Shown piece after piece: positions 26,246-34,808 of a stretch of DNA of 64,000 bases; position 1 is the first letter of the stretch, and the number at the start of each line of letters is the position of its first letter. The DNA is from a virus: IMG/VR virus record IMGVR_UViG_3300017987_000070, positions 1 through 64,000 of that record; one strand, given 5' to 3'. Made by a program: the position numbers and the translations under genes. The notes beneath the pieces were generated by a model, which searched no databases, was not told where the DNA came from, and was given only the letters and a program-made list of their open reading frames with translations.

Positions 26246-29200
26246 ATGCCTTCCTCCCTTTCTACTCGAGTAGCGCTCCAAGAGTTCTTCCGCTCGTATC
26301 CGTGCTCGGAGTCGTTCCGTAAGTTCGCGCTCAAGCATCCCGACAAGATCGCCCGCCTGTACTGCGTGGAGCATCCTGAACTCATGGGGAGGGACTGGAC
26401 GAGGAAGGTCAAGGCCGCTGACCCCCAGTACACGTACTCTTCTACGGTCCGCCGCGCCTTGCGTAAGGCTTACCGCAAGAACATGGGCCTCTTCGACCTC
26501 TACGAAGACCTCAAGAACAAGCTTTCAGACCCTACTACCCCTTACATCCCCGAAGATGAGGAGGGGAAGCTTCCCTCGGAGATCTTCGAGTCTGAGATGC
26601 GTCGCCTTGTCGTCCGTAAGGAGAAGGCAGAGAAGAAAGCCCTGCGCGTTCACTACCAGCGCTTGAAGGTTTTCTTGGAGCGTATGGAGAAAGAGTCGTA
26701 CCCTTCCAAGGTCCTCGTCAAGAAGGTGAACACGGTCTACATCGATCTCATCTCTGTACTGTGCAGGCAAGCCGATGTGTATGTCAAGGCACAAACCAAG
26801 GGTAACCCTGGGTGGGCATCGTTCCGTAAGATGAGCGAACAGGAAGAAGAGACTGCACGCCTCAAGCATGAGAACCCTGACCTCTACGAGAAGATCATGG
26901 AGGAAAGGAAGCTTCGTAAAGAGATTGAAGAGGCGATTGAGAAGCAGATCGTCCGTGACGGGCTCGTCCCAACCCGCACGATGCTCTACGGTTCCGTTGT
27001 TCAGGTTGGTAAGGACGTGCGCACGAGCATGACAGGGGTAGCCGCTTCGGATGTAGGCGCGCCCGAGGTTCTCATTGCTCTCGACGAGGATCGTGAGGTT
27101 TTTGAAGACGCCCTCTCTCGTGGCTTGCGGGTTGACCTCAAGATCGGTTCCAAGACTCACCGTGTAGCAGAGGTGCTCCCTGAAGGCAAGTTCCTTCTCG
27201 ACCCTCCCTTAGCCGAAGAGTCTTCGGCGTTCGAGTACACGGCTTCGATCTATGAAGAGCTGGTGTACGATAAAGATGGGGATGTGATCGGAGTGGACGA
27301 TTTCATCAAGGAGCGCAAGCGTCACCTCTCCGCGATGCGCAAGCTTCAGCGCGTCTTCCCTGAAGACCTCGAAGACCTCAGAAAGTACCCCGAGGCAGAC
27401 CTCGACGCTCTCTTGGAAGGTCGTGAGGTCACTTACGCAGCTCTTACCGACGACATCGCGAAGCAAAAGCCCGTGACCCGTATTCTCCCCTGCGTGGAGA
27501 TCTTCGGTGAGCGTGTGATCTCCGAGGGTCGCTTCAAGGGCTTCGTCTTGGATGACATGATCAACGCCAACGGTCGTCAAATCGAAGGCACAGCGTATGA
27601 CTATGACCCCAAGCTCAGGCGTCCCGTGTCCCTGGAAACTCATATGGAAGACGGGTCCCTCAAGGTAGAGCTTCCGGCCAACCGTGAACCTTATATGACC
27701 GTGGACCCGGACGGAAGACTGTACCTCAAGATCCCCTCGACCCGTGAGTTTACGCACTTGCGTAAAGCGGTCCGTGGTATCTCCAAGGAGACCGTCGATG
27801 TCGAGTATGTCGAAGGAACCCGTAACTCGGTGTTCAAGTTCGATCCCAGTCAGTTCATGATGGTGCGGGATGCTCTGGCGTCTATGGCCATGAGCAAGAG
27901 CGCGATGGAACTCGTACAGGAGCACTTCGAGAAGCAAAGGGAAGAGTCTCAAGAGGCCGCCTACGCGAACATCCACGAGTTCGACGCCGACCTCATGGGA
28001 GGGTTCAAGGAAGGCTTCGACTTCTTCAACAAACAGAAGCACGCGATGGCTTGGCTTGAGCAGAGAGGTAACACAGGGCTCCTTGCTCTTGATACCGGAT
28101 GTGGGAAGAGCCTCACGAGCGTGGGATACCTCAAGAACATCGTCAACCAAGCCGACGAGGAGCTTGAGCCCAACTCGATTCTCTTTGTCTGCCCCGCCAA
28201 CCTCCGAGGCAACCTTGAGCATGAGGTACGTCAGCGTCTCAAGGACCCTGAGCCCTTCCTCATGTTGATTGAAACGATGTCTTACGCTCAGTTCAGCCGC
28301 GAAGACGAAGATGTCATGGACCGTTACTATGCCGTCGTCTTCGATGAGGCTCATAACCTCGCCTCTTTGAACTCGAAGCGTGCCCGTAACGCCATGCGTG
28401 CTCACCCTCGGAAGATGCTCATGACAGCTTCTCCTATGGAGAACGATGTCATGGATGTACGCATCCTCGCGGGTATCGCGAACAATGAGGACTTGCTCTC
28501 CAAGGAAGGCAAGCAGAGGGTCCGCGAGTTCCGCGACCGCTTCACCGAGCGCATCGGAGGACGCACGGTAGGGATCAAGCAGGACGCCTCCTTGAAGGAG
28601 GCCATGCAAGATTGGGTCCAGGGTAACGTGTTCTTCGCTCACAAGCTCGACATAGAAGAGTATGACCTCAAGAAGCTCGAAACAGAGACTCGTACTGTGA
28701 TGATGGACGCCGACACAGAAGAGGAGTACCGTCGCGCTGCGGATGAGGTCAAGACGGTTCTGGAGGGGATGGTACGTCGCTACCGTGACCGTGACCAAAC
28801 CGCCTCGGACTCGGAGATTGACGCTGCGATCATCAAGCTCGCAGGTCACTTCAAGACTCTGGGTCAGATCGTCAACCTCCCCAGGGGAGGACAGCCCTCT
28901 CCCAAAGTCATCGAAGCCTCCAACATCATCCGGGAGCGCGTCGAGAGCCGTGGACGCACCATGCTCTGGACGGACGACCCCGAGGTGGCAGAGGCTACCG
29001 CACGTGACCTCTCACGTGAGCTTCCAGGCACCGACCATGTGGCCGGTCTCTCAGGTGAGATTCAGGTCTGGCGTAACGGGGAGAAGGTCAAGAGCTACAC
29101 CCCTCGAAACTACACGTTCGGGGAACAGTCTTACGACCGCACCAACTGGCGTATGGGAGTCGTGAACCACGTCCTCAAGCCCTCTCTCTCCATTGTCTCT

Positions 29201-29602
29201 GCGACCCTGACCTCCGCGTACACCACGGGCATGAACCTACAGGAGTTCGATACGATCGTTCACCTCGACAGGGACTCATGGTCGTCTGAGGATATGAAGC
29301 AGAGAACCGCGCGCGCCTACCGTCAAGGTCAGGACAAGCAATGCAGGGAGATCACCCTTGACACGGTGTTTGAGAGCCGTCAGGACGACCTAGACCTCAC
29401 TCTCGATGAGATTCGCGGCATCATGCAGAACATGGAAGCGGACCTCTTTGACAAGGTGATCGTCGAGAGCCAGAGCAAGGCTACGGGTAAGGAGTTCTTT
29501 GCGATGGATCAGATAGCGGCTCGTAGCATCCATCTGGACCGTAAGATCTTCGAGCATGTCCTCTCGCCGTACATCAAAAACGCTCCTGAAAGCACAACCT
29601 GA
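26246..29602 (+). CDS. SNF2-family (SF2) helicase/ATPase with long N-terminal extension
   Basis: Walker A DTGCGKS, DEAH, TASP, TTGMNLQ and QRTARAYRQGQ motifs. Confidence 0.9.
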   Translation: MPSSLSTRVALQEFFRSYPCSESFRKFALKHPDKIARLYCVEHPELMGRDWTRKVKAADPQYTYSSTVRRALRKAYRKNMGLFDLYEDLKNKLSDPTTPYIPEDEEGKLPSEIFESEMRRLVVRKEKAEKKALRVHYQRLKVFLERMEKESYPSKVLVKKVNTVYIDLISVLCRQADVYVKAQTKGNPGWASFRKMSEQEEETARLKHENPDLYEKIMEERKLRKEIEEAIEKQIVRDGLVPTRTMLYGSVVQVGKDVRTSMTGVAASDVGAPEVLIALDEDREVFEDALSRGLRVDLKIGSKTHRVAEVLPEGKFLLDPPLAEESSAFEYTASIYEELVYDKDGDVIGVDDFIKERKRHLSAMRKLQRVFPEDLEDLRKYPEADLDALLEGREVTYAALTDDIAKQKPVTRILPCVEIFGERVISEGRFKGFVLDDMINANGRQIEGTAYDYDPKLRRPVSLETHMEDGSLKVELPANREPYMTVDPDGRLYLKIPSTREFTHLRKAVRGISKETVDVEYVEGTRNSVFKFDPSQFMMVRDALASMAMSKSAMELVQEHFEKQREESQEAAYANIHEFDADLMGGFKEGFDFFNKQKHAMAWLEQRGNTGLLALDTGCGKSLTSVGYLKNIVNQADEELEPNSILFVCPANLRGNLEHEVRQRLKDPEPFLMLIETMSYAQFSREDEDVMDRYYAVVFDEAHNLASLNSKRARNAMRAHPRKMLMTASPMENDVMDVRILAGIANNEDLLSKEGKQRVREFRDRFTERIGGRTVGIKQDASLKEAMQDWVQGNVFFAHKLDIEEYDLKKLETETRTVMMDADTEEEYRRAADEVKTVLEGMVRRYRDRDQTASDSEIDAAIIKLAGHFKTLGQIVNLPRGGQPSPKVIEASNIIRERVESRGRTMLWTDDPEVAEATARDLSRELPGTDHVAGLSGEIQVWRNGEKVKSYTPRNYTFGEQSYDRTNWRMGVVNHVLKPSLSIVSATLTSAYTTGMNLQEFDTIVHLDRDSWSSEDMKQRTARAYRQGQDKQCREITLDTVFESRQDDLDLTLDEIRGIMQNMEADLFDKVIVESQSKATGKEFFAMDQIAARSIHLDRKIFEHVLSPYIKNAPESTT

Positions 29603-29616
29603 GTAGGAGACCTCCA

Positions 29617-29880
29617 ATGAAACCTGATACCCTTGAACAGTGGACCACCTACCTCTCGGGACTCACAGATGAGCGCCTCGGTGTCGAATCTATCACGGCG
29701 AACTCATTGCAATTCGTCCAGATTCTCAAAGAAGAGGGCAAGGAGCCCGGTGAGATCGGTGCGATCCTGAAAGCCTTCGCGGTAGAGCTTGACAAGAGGG
29801 GGATGCCTTTGAGTGATCGTGGCCCTCGTCAGATGGTGTCCTACTACCGACTGATCAACGATTACCCTGATGGAAAGTGA
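29617..29880 (+). CDS. Hypothetical protein
   Basis: RBS AGGAG; 87 aa; coupled to the next gene. Confidence 0.65.
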   Translation: MKPDTLEQWTTYLSGLTDERLGVESITANSLQFVQILKEEGKEPGEIGAILKAFAVELDKRGMPLSDRGPRQMVSYYRLINDYPDGK

Positions 29881-30340
29881 TACCATGCTCACACTTGCTT
29901 CACAGCTACTACACGTCGCGAAAGACTTCCCCGAGTTCTCCGAAGACTTGGACCCTCTCATCGCGAACGTAATCTATACCCAAAGCAAGAGGGAGGCCCA
30001 AGTCAAGACGGCGGGCACCAAGCTCAAGGACATCATGGGAGGCAAGTCTATCCTGGGACTGAAGAAGAGCGTGGCCCACCGTATCGAGCGTCAGCTCAGG
30101 ATGTATGGGCTCGACGCAGACTCGGCAGCGATCCTTCTGGGGTCAAGAGAGATCAAGATCGTCATTACGGCGAGCATCACGGACCCTGATGAAGATCCTT
30201 ATACCGACTTTGCGGCGAACTACATCGCTCAGGAGATTGTTATGGATCTCCAGCGGTCCCTTGCGTACAAGGTCACCGGGAAAGGTCGGTACTCCACGTT
30301 CACCGACTCGGTAGTAATCACCCTCTTTCAGAAAGTCTAA
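29870..30340 (+). CDS. Hypothetical protein with degenerate leader and KTA motif
   Basis: TLASQLLHVAKDFPEFSEDLDPLI resembles the leader of the 4207/5159/5662 proteins; followed by QVKTAG. Confidence 0.6.
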   Translation: MESDTMLTLASQLLHVAKDFPEFSEDLDPLIANVIYTQSKREAQVKTAGTKLKDIMGGKSILGLKKSVAHRIERQLRMYGLDADSAAILLGSREIKIVITASITDPDEDPYTDFAANYIAQEIVMDLQRSLAYKVTGKGRYSTFTDSVVITLFQKV

Positions 30341-30341
30341 G

Positions 30342-30929
30342 ATGCCCATCTCCCCGGTCACATTGACGCCCAACCTCGTAGGGCCGTTCAAGGCTTTCGG
30401 TCTTAACGGCCCTTCTTCTTTGCAGCTCGCACAAGGGCTCGCTCAGGCGTTCACACAGTTCTTGGTGACCATACCCGTCACCACGGCTCACGTAGGTATC
30501 GTAGGAGCCGGTACGGGCACAGGGAAGGTCACGATTGACCCCGTTAGTGGGGTAGGTCTCGTGACCTCTTCCCTCGCCTCTGCGGGCATTGTAGGCCCTT
30601 CTGCGGCAGGATTGGCGTCAGGGGTCGTGCAAGCTTTGGCGGTGGAGGTCAACACGAATGCGTTGGTGCAAGTAGTGATCGCCGGAAGTTCTACAGGAGC
30701 CGGGACAGGAACACTCGCCGCAGCAAGTGCGACGGCGTTCGTGCCCCTCCTAGTAGCGAACTTCACGTCCGTGGCTTTGTCGGGAGTCAGTGCCGCTCAG
30801 TTGGCTCAGGGGTTAGGAATCGGAATCGCCACTTGGCTCAAGACCGCTCTCATCACCACCGTCGACGTCGGGACCCCCGTCTTCCCCTTCGCCACTACCC
30901 CAGGGGTAGGAACGGGCAAGGTCCTCTAG
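30342..30929 (+). CDS. Gly/Ala/Val-rich structural protein (baseplate/spike-associated, putative)
   Basis: 195 aa with an internal triplication (GP-SA..LA.G; GAGTGT). Located in the tail module. Confidence 0.55.
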   Translation: MPISPVTLTPNLVGPFKAFGLNGPSSLQLAQGLAQAFTQFLVTIPVTTAHVGIVGAGTGTGKVTIDPVSGVGLVTSSLASAGIVGPSAAGLASGVVQALAVEVNTNALVQVVIAGSSTGAGTGTLAAASATAFVPLLVANFTSVALSGVSAAQLAQGLGIGIATWLKTALITTVDVGTPVFPFATTPGVGTGKVL

Positions 30930-31202
30930 CCGACGCGTGACTTCTGCCGTAAGTACGCACTCAGGGAGCCCAACCGTAAGGCTCATGATAGCGTAGACTG
31001 CCCCCGAGAAGCCTCCCCCTTCACGGCTCTGGTCGTAGTAGTCATCGTTGTTGAGGTAGTCCAGGCCGTCAGACATCATCTCGTCTACGGAAGCATACTC
31101 CCCCTCTTGCAGCTTGGAGGCCACCTCGTCGAGAATGTAGTCGGCCTCTGCCTCGAAGCAATGATCGATCTGGTCTTGTGTGCTCTTGCTCAGGTACTTC
31201 AT
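30813..31202 (-). CDS. Hypothetical acidic protein
   Basis: RBS GGAGAGGG upstream; coupled to 31204..31662. Its 3' end overlaps the convergent gene. Confidence 0.55.
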   Translation of the reverse strand: MKYLSKSTQDQIDHCFEAEADYILDEVASKLQEGEYASVDEMMSDGLDYLNNDDYYDQSREGGGFSGAVYAIMSLTVGLPECVLTAEVTRRLEDLARSYPWGSGEGEDGGPDVDGGDESGLEPSGDSDS

Positions 31203-31203
31203 T

Positions 31204-31662
31204 TCAGCCCTCTCCTGTCAGACGCTTGCCCACCACATCGGGCAGGTAAGGCGTCGGATCGATCTTCCTGTAGACCCTGCGATATTTGAACGTGTCGCCC
31301 ACTTGGGCCGCACGGAAGAGGTCACGGAACTTCTCGTACACCATCCCCACGTCTACCCTCTGCTCGGGCTCACCCATGTTCCGCAGGATAGCCCAGTGCA
31401 GGACATCCATGCTTCCCAGAAGGTCATCCAGCTCCGACTGAGAAGGGATATCGAAGAAGCCCCCGAAGTTGGGCCGCTTCAGGGTTTGGAGTTCGCAGAT
31501 GAGCCTGACAGACTCGCCCTCTTGACGGCTCCGGGGATTGACGACTTCGACCGCCCCGACGATCTCGTATGTGTTGTAGAGCAAGGGACCCGGACGGACT
31601 CCCGCGCGGCGGTTCGGGGGCATCTTGTAGCGGTGGTCAGCGGCCCATTCAAACTTATTCAT
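31204..31662 (-). CDS. Hypothetical protein
   Basis: RBS AAGGAG; 152 aa with genome-like codon usage. Confidence 0.65.
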   Translation of the reverse strand: MNKFEWAADHRYKMPPNRRAGVRPGPLLYNTYEIVGAVEVVNPRSRQEGESVRLICELQTLKRPNFGGFFDIPSQSELDDLLGSMDVLHWAILRNMGEPEQRVDVGMVYEKFRDLFRAAQVGDTFKYRRVYRKIDPTPYLPDVVGKRLTGEG

Positions 31663-31692
31663 GATCTCTTCTCCTTCCTTTTGTGTTACGTT

Positions 31693-31722
31693 ACTCTAAC
31701 TTAGGTTCGCACTCGTTGTCAA
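31693..31722 (-). promoter_or_regulatory. Sigma70-like promoter (TTGACA-18-TAGAGT)
   Basis: The minus strand reads TTGACA acgagtgcgaacctaagt TAGAGT, about 30 nt upstream of ATG 31662. Confidence 0.5.
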
Positions 31723-32936
31723 CCGAAGATTTTACGCATGAGCTTGGCGTTGGTCGTGTAAACGACCTTCTCATCGAAGAAAGCCTGCCATTCGTCCTCG
31801 CGGCAGTTGTCAAACGCTTCCGTGTCTGTGGTACCGATGTATTCGAGGTTCGGGTGGTCCCTAAGAACCTTAAACGTGGGGCCGTGTAGCCCACGGACAT
31901 AGTAGTCAAGGAAGACCGCTTTGAGATGGGGGTAGCCAGGGAGGTACCCCATTCTATCAAAGCTAAGAGTGAGCTTCACGTACTCGAAGTTGCCTGGAAG
32001 CTTGCCTTCTCCAAACGCCTCACACCCTTTCAAGGTCTTGAGGTCCCAGACCTTGACGTACCGGCCTACCAGATTGTTATCAAACTTGCCGTAAGAGTCC
32101 ATTGTGAGATGCTTCGGCTCCCACTGACGCAAGATACCGTCCACATAGGGCAGGAAGACCTCATGGTACTCACGATTCTTCTCGCAGTTCTGGAGCATGG
32201 CCAGCACCGTCTTGAACCCACTCTTGCTCGGCTTGATGGTTTGCATGGCCGATCGCAAGTCACCGAAGTTATCGACGCCCAGACCCATGAAGTATGAGTT
32301 GACCTTGCTCGCGATGCGCTTGATCCGCTTCTTTTCGTGGCTAGCACCCTTAAAGCTGAGTTCAAGCCTTGACCATTCGTGAGAGTTCAGCTTGACCGAC
32401 AGTTGCCAGTCGTGACGCCAATGACTGTTGTACTCTTTATTCTTCCGGCGCATGAGGTCAGACCACACTGACCCCACGTGCTCTAGGACCCCCTTAAAGA
32501 TCTGTTTCAGGTTGAACTTGGGGATGACACCCTGACCCCTCACGACACACTCTTGAATGTACGCCTTGAAGACACTGGGTCTCCCGACCCCTTCGGCAAG
32601 AGGCTTCCATGAGAGGGACATGTCTTCCGGCCACTCTTCAGGGTATACCTCGTCATGCCACACCGAACGGGCGTCGAAGCTATCCTGAACCAAAGTGAGA
32701 AGCTCGGGGGAGAGGTCTTCAAGACGGATAGAAGGTGTAGTTAGATCGCTGAATCCCGCGTCGACCTCTTCGCGAGTCTCCCGCCACCCCTTGAAGAAGA
32801 CTACGTGGTAGGACTCCCCGAAGATCGGGAGGAAGAACTTCCAGTCGAACACTTCCAGGGACTTGATTTCCGCATCGAGCTTGTGCATAAGCTCGATGGC
32901 GTCATAGGTCTTTGAGAGATCGTCGGCGGTAATCAT
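31719..32936 (-). CDS. FG-x-LRS domain + LRR-like protein
   Basis: RBS GAGGA before ATG 32936. FGDLRS...PS...F..VL...EY.EV.LPYV..IL..W, then short LRR-like strands (LKAVFLD, LEYIGT). Confidence 0.65.
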   Translation of the reverse strand: MITADDLSKTYDAIELMHKLDAEIKSLEVFDWKFFLPIFGESYHVVFFKGWRETREEVDAGFSDLTTPSIRLEDLSPELLTLVQDSFDARSVWHDEVYPEEWPEDMSLSWKPLAEGVGRPSVFKAYIQECVVRGQGVIPKFNLKQIFKGVLEHVGSVWSDLMRRKNKEYNSHWRHDWQLSVKLNSHEWSRLELSFKGASHEKKRIKRIASKVNSYFMGLGVDNFGDLRSAMQTIKPSKSGFKTVLAMLQNCEKNREYHEVFLPYVDGILRQWEPKHLTMDSYGKFDNNLVGRYVKVWDLKTLKGCEAFGEGKLPGNFEYVKLTLSFDRMGYLPGYPHLKAVFLDYYVRGLHGPTFKVLRDHPNLEYIGTTDTEAFDNCREDEWQAFFDEKVVYTTNAKLMRKIFG

Positions 32937-32974
32937 GTCGTTCCTCTTCACGAGTAGTAGCTTGTCTCACCTTG

Positions 32975-33004
32975 CTTATAGCAGCTACGAGCCCGTTTTT
33001 TGAA
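32975..33004 (-). promoter_or_regulatory. Sigma70-like promoter TTCAAA-18-TATAAG with GCTGC extension
   Basis: Same architecture at 34773-34801 (-) and 53581-53609 (+). Confidence 0.6.
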
Positions 33005-33011
33005 ACTTTCT

Positions 33012-33425
33012 TCAGTCTTCTTCTATGACCTCGGCTTGCAGCCTCTTCACGCCCCATACGCCATCGAACTCGTAAGGGTACTCCACTTCCAGCAGTTCGT
33101 TCAAGGGCTCTTCGAAATGTCTTCGCACATAGTGAGGCCCTCGGGCGTACATGTAGAGCAGGATGAAGGGGATCGCGAAGGCGAGTCCGATGATCTTGAG
33201 GATATCGGTGACCTGGAACCAGCTAGGAGCGCTGAAGAAGGCGCTTAGGCTGTTCCTAAGCGCTCTGAGGATGCCACCGTACATTTCGATGCCGTCGCTC
33301 TGGTTCCTCCACATGTAGAGACGTGGATGCTTCATGACCTCTCGAAGCTCTTTCTCCCTCTTACGGATCATGTAGTTACGGCGCATGTGCCAGAGGTCTT
33401 CGTCAATGTCGCAACGGTAACGCAT
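33012..33425 (-). CDS. Small membrane protein
   Basis: RBS GAGGAG; hydrophobic ILKIIGLAFAIPFILLYMY segment. Confidence 0.65.
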   Translation of the reverse strand: MRYRCDIDEDLWHMRRNYMIRKREKELREVMKHPRLYMWRNQSDGIEMYGGILRALRNSLSAFFSAPSWFQVTDILKIIGLAFAIPFILLYMYARGPHYVRRHFEEPLNELLEVEYPYEFDGVWGVKRLQAEVIEED

Positions 33426-33435
33426 GGGTGTCTCC

Positions 33436-34746
33436 TCACTTTTTTGAAAAGAAATCGTTGATGGCGCTTGTGGGACTCTTGCCGTCCAGATATTCAGCTT
33501 GAGGATACATCTCCTCCACCTCCTTCACGAAGTTCACCCGGCACGTGGTGTAGACCTTCTCCACGTTGGGGAACCTCTCCGAGACGGGAACGAGCCAGCC
33601 CGGAGTGTAGTCGAAGATGAGCACCTTCACGTTTGGATAAGACACCCTCTCCGCCAAGGGAGAGAGTTGGGGAATTCCGTTCTGGAACTTGAAGAAGATC
33701 ACCTCGGGGTCCCCTGGGAGGGCGTTGTGACTGTGAAAGAGCTTGTACCCCTTCATCGTCTCGACCTTCCACACCTTCGTGAGACCCGCGATCTCCTTGT
33801 CATACTTGTCGGTCGTGAGTTCACGGTCCGACACACGCCAGGATCGGTCCATCACGGAGTGAACGTAAGGGAGAGTGACGTTGTAGAACTCCCCGTTCTT
33901 CTCCATGTTCTGAAGCGTCTTGAGGACCTTACGGAAGTGCTTCTTCGACCCCGGCTGCTGCATGAGAGAGCGGATAGCCCCGAACCCGTCAGGCTCCAAT
34001 ATCGAGAAGACCTCTTCGATCACCTCCAGCCCGCCCTTGATTACCTCTTTCGGGTTGCGAAGATAACCTGTCAGGGACTTGGACCTCTCGTGGAAGTGAA
34101 TCTTATTCAGGTTGTGCGACGTTGCCGTGGTGATGTGAGCGAGCGCATGAGAACTCGAGTTAGGGTGCGCACTGTACGCGACTCGGATCTTCTCGACTTC
34201 CTCATCCCAGCTCTGGTAGAGAAGGGTCTTCAGCTCATTCAAGACCCGCTCAAGAACCCGGACCGGGATGTAACCATACCCCGACTCCATCTTCTCGTAC
34301 ATGTCTTCGACGGCACGGTCTCGCAGGCTCTCGTAGCGATCTCCCCATACCTCATCGATCCCAAAAATCCTCTCATCGAACCCCAGAGGGACGACGGAAA
34401 TTAGGGGACCACCCATAGGGCGGTGTTGGAGGACCTTCTGAAGCCAAGGTGTCTCCCATTCACGGTCCAGGGTGAGGTTCTCCTTCTCGTCGAGAATCCA
34501 ACCTCTAAGGTCTTCATTCAGGGATGAGGCCGCGATGAAGGTAGCCGAAAGGTTGGAGGACCTGCGGTAAAGGTCCCGAGAGTTATGATCCCAGTGTTGT
34601 TTCTTGGTCTCACACTCAAAGCCGAGACCCCTCACGTACTCTTCCGCGCTCAGGTACTCAGAGACCACCTGGGTCTTGAGCATCGTGTAGAAGGTCTGGA
34701 GCACTTCTCCAGAGGCTTGAAGGGCGGCGGTATCTGCTTTCATCAT
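33436..34746 (-). CDS. FG-x-IRS domain + LRR-like protein (paralog of 31719..32936)
   Basis: RBS GGAG before ATG 34746. FGAIRSLMQQPGSKKHFRKVL...EFYNVTLPYV..VM..SW...TKVWKVETMKG, then LRR-like VKVLIFD and VEKVYT. Confidence 0.65.
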   Translation of the reverse strand: MMKADTAALQASGEVLQTFYTMLKTQVVSEYLSAEEYVRGLGFECETKKQHWDHNSRDLYRRSSNLSATFIAASSLNEDLRGWILDEKENLTLDREWETPWLQKVLQHRPMGGPLISVVPLGFDERIFGIDEVWGDRYESLRDRAVEDMYEKMESGYGYIPVRVLERVLNELKTLLYQSWDEEVEKIRVAYSAHPNSSSHALAHITTATSHNLNKIHFHERSKSLTGYLRNPKEVIKGGLEVIEEVFSILEPDGFGAIRSLMQQPGSKKHFRKVLKTLQNMEKNGEFYNVTLPYVHSVMDRSWRVSDRELTTDKYDKEIAGLTKVWKVETMKGYKLFHSHNALPGDPEVIFFKFQNGIPQLSPLAERVSYPNVKVLIFDYTPGWLVPVSERFPNVEKVYTTCRVNFVKEVEEMYPQAEYLDGKSPTSAINDFFSKK

Positions 34747-34772
34747 CTTACTCCACAAGGGGTTCTACGAGG

Positions 34773-34801
34773 AGTATAGCAGCGATGGGAGAGATTTTGA
34801 A
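34773..34801 (-). promoter_or_regulatory. Sigma70-like promoter TTCAAA-17-TATACT with GCTGC extension
   Basis: Read directly on the minus strand, 27 nt upstream of the start codon. Confidence 0.65.
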
Positions 34802-34808
34802 GAGTTTT

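Noticed and set aside
27209-28849. Long antisense ORFs (e.g. 27209..28849, 16078..17127, 23963..24808, 33499..34404, 54602..55324)
   Set aside because: Shadow ORFs opposite well-supported genes, expected from strong codon bias; no RBS or recognisable motifs.
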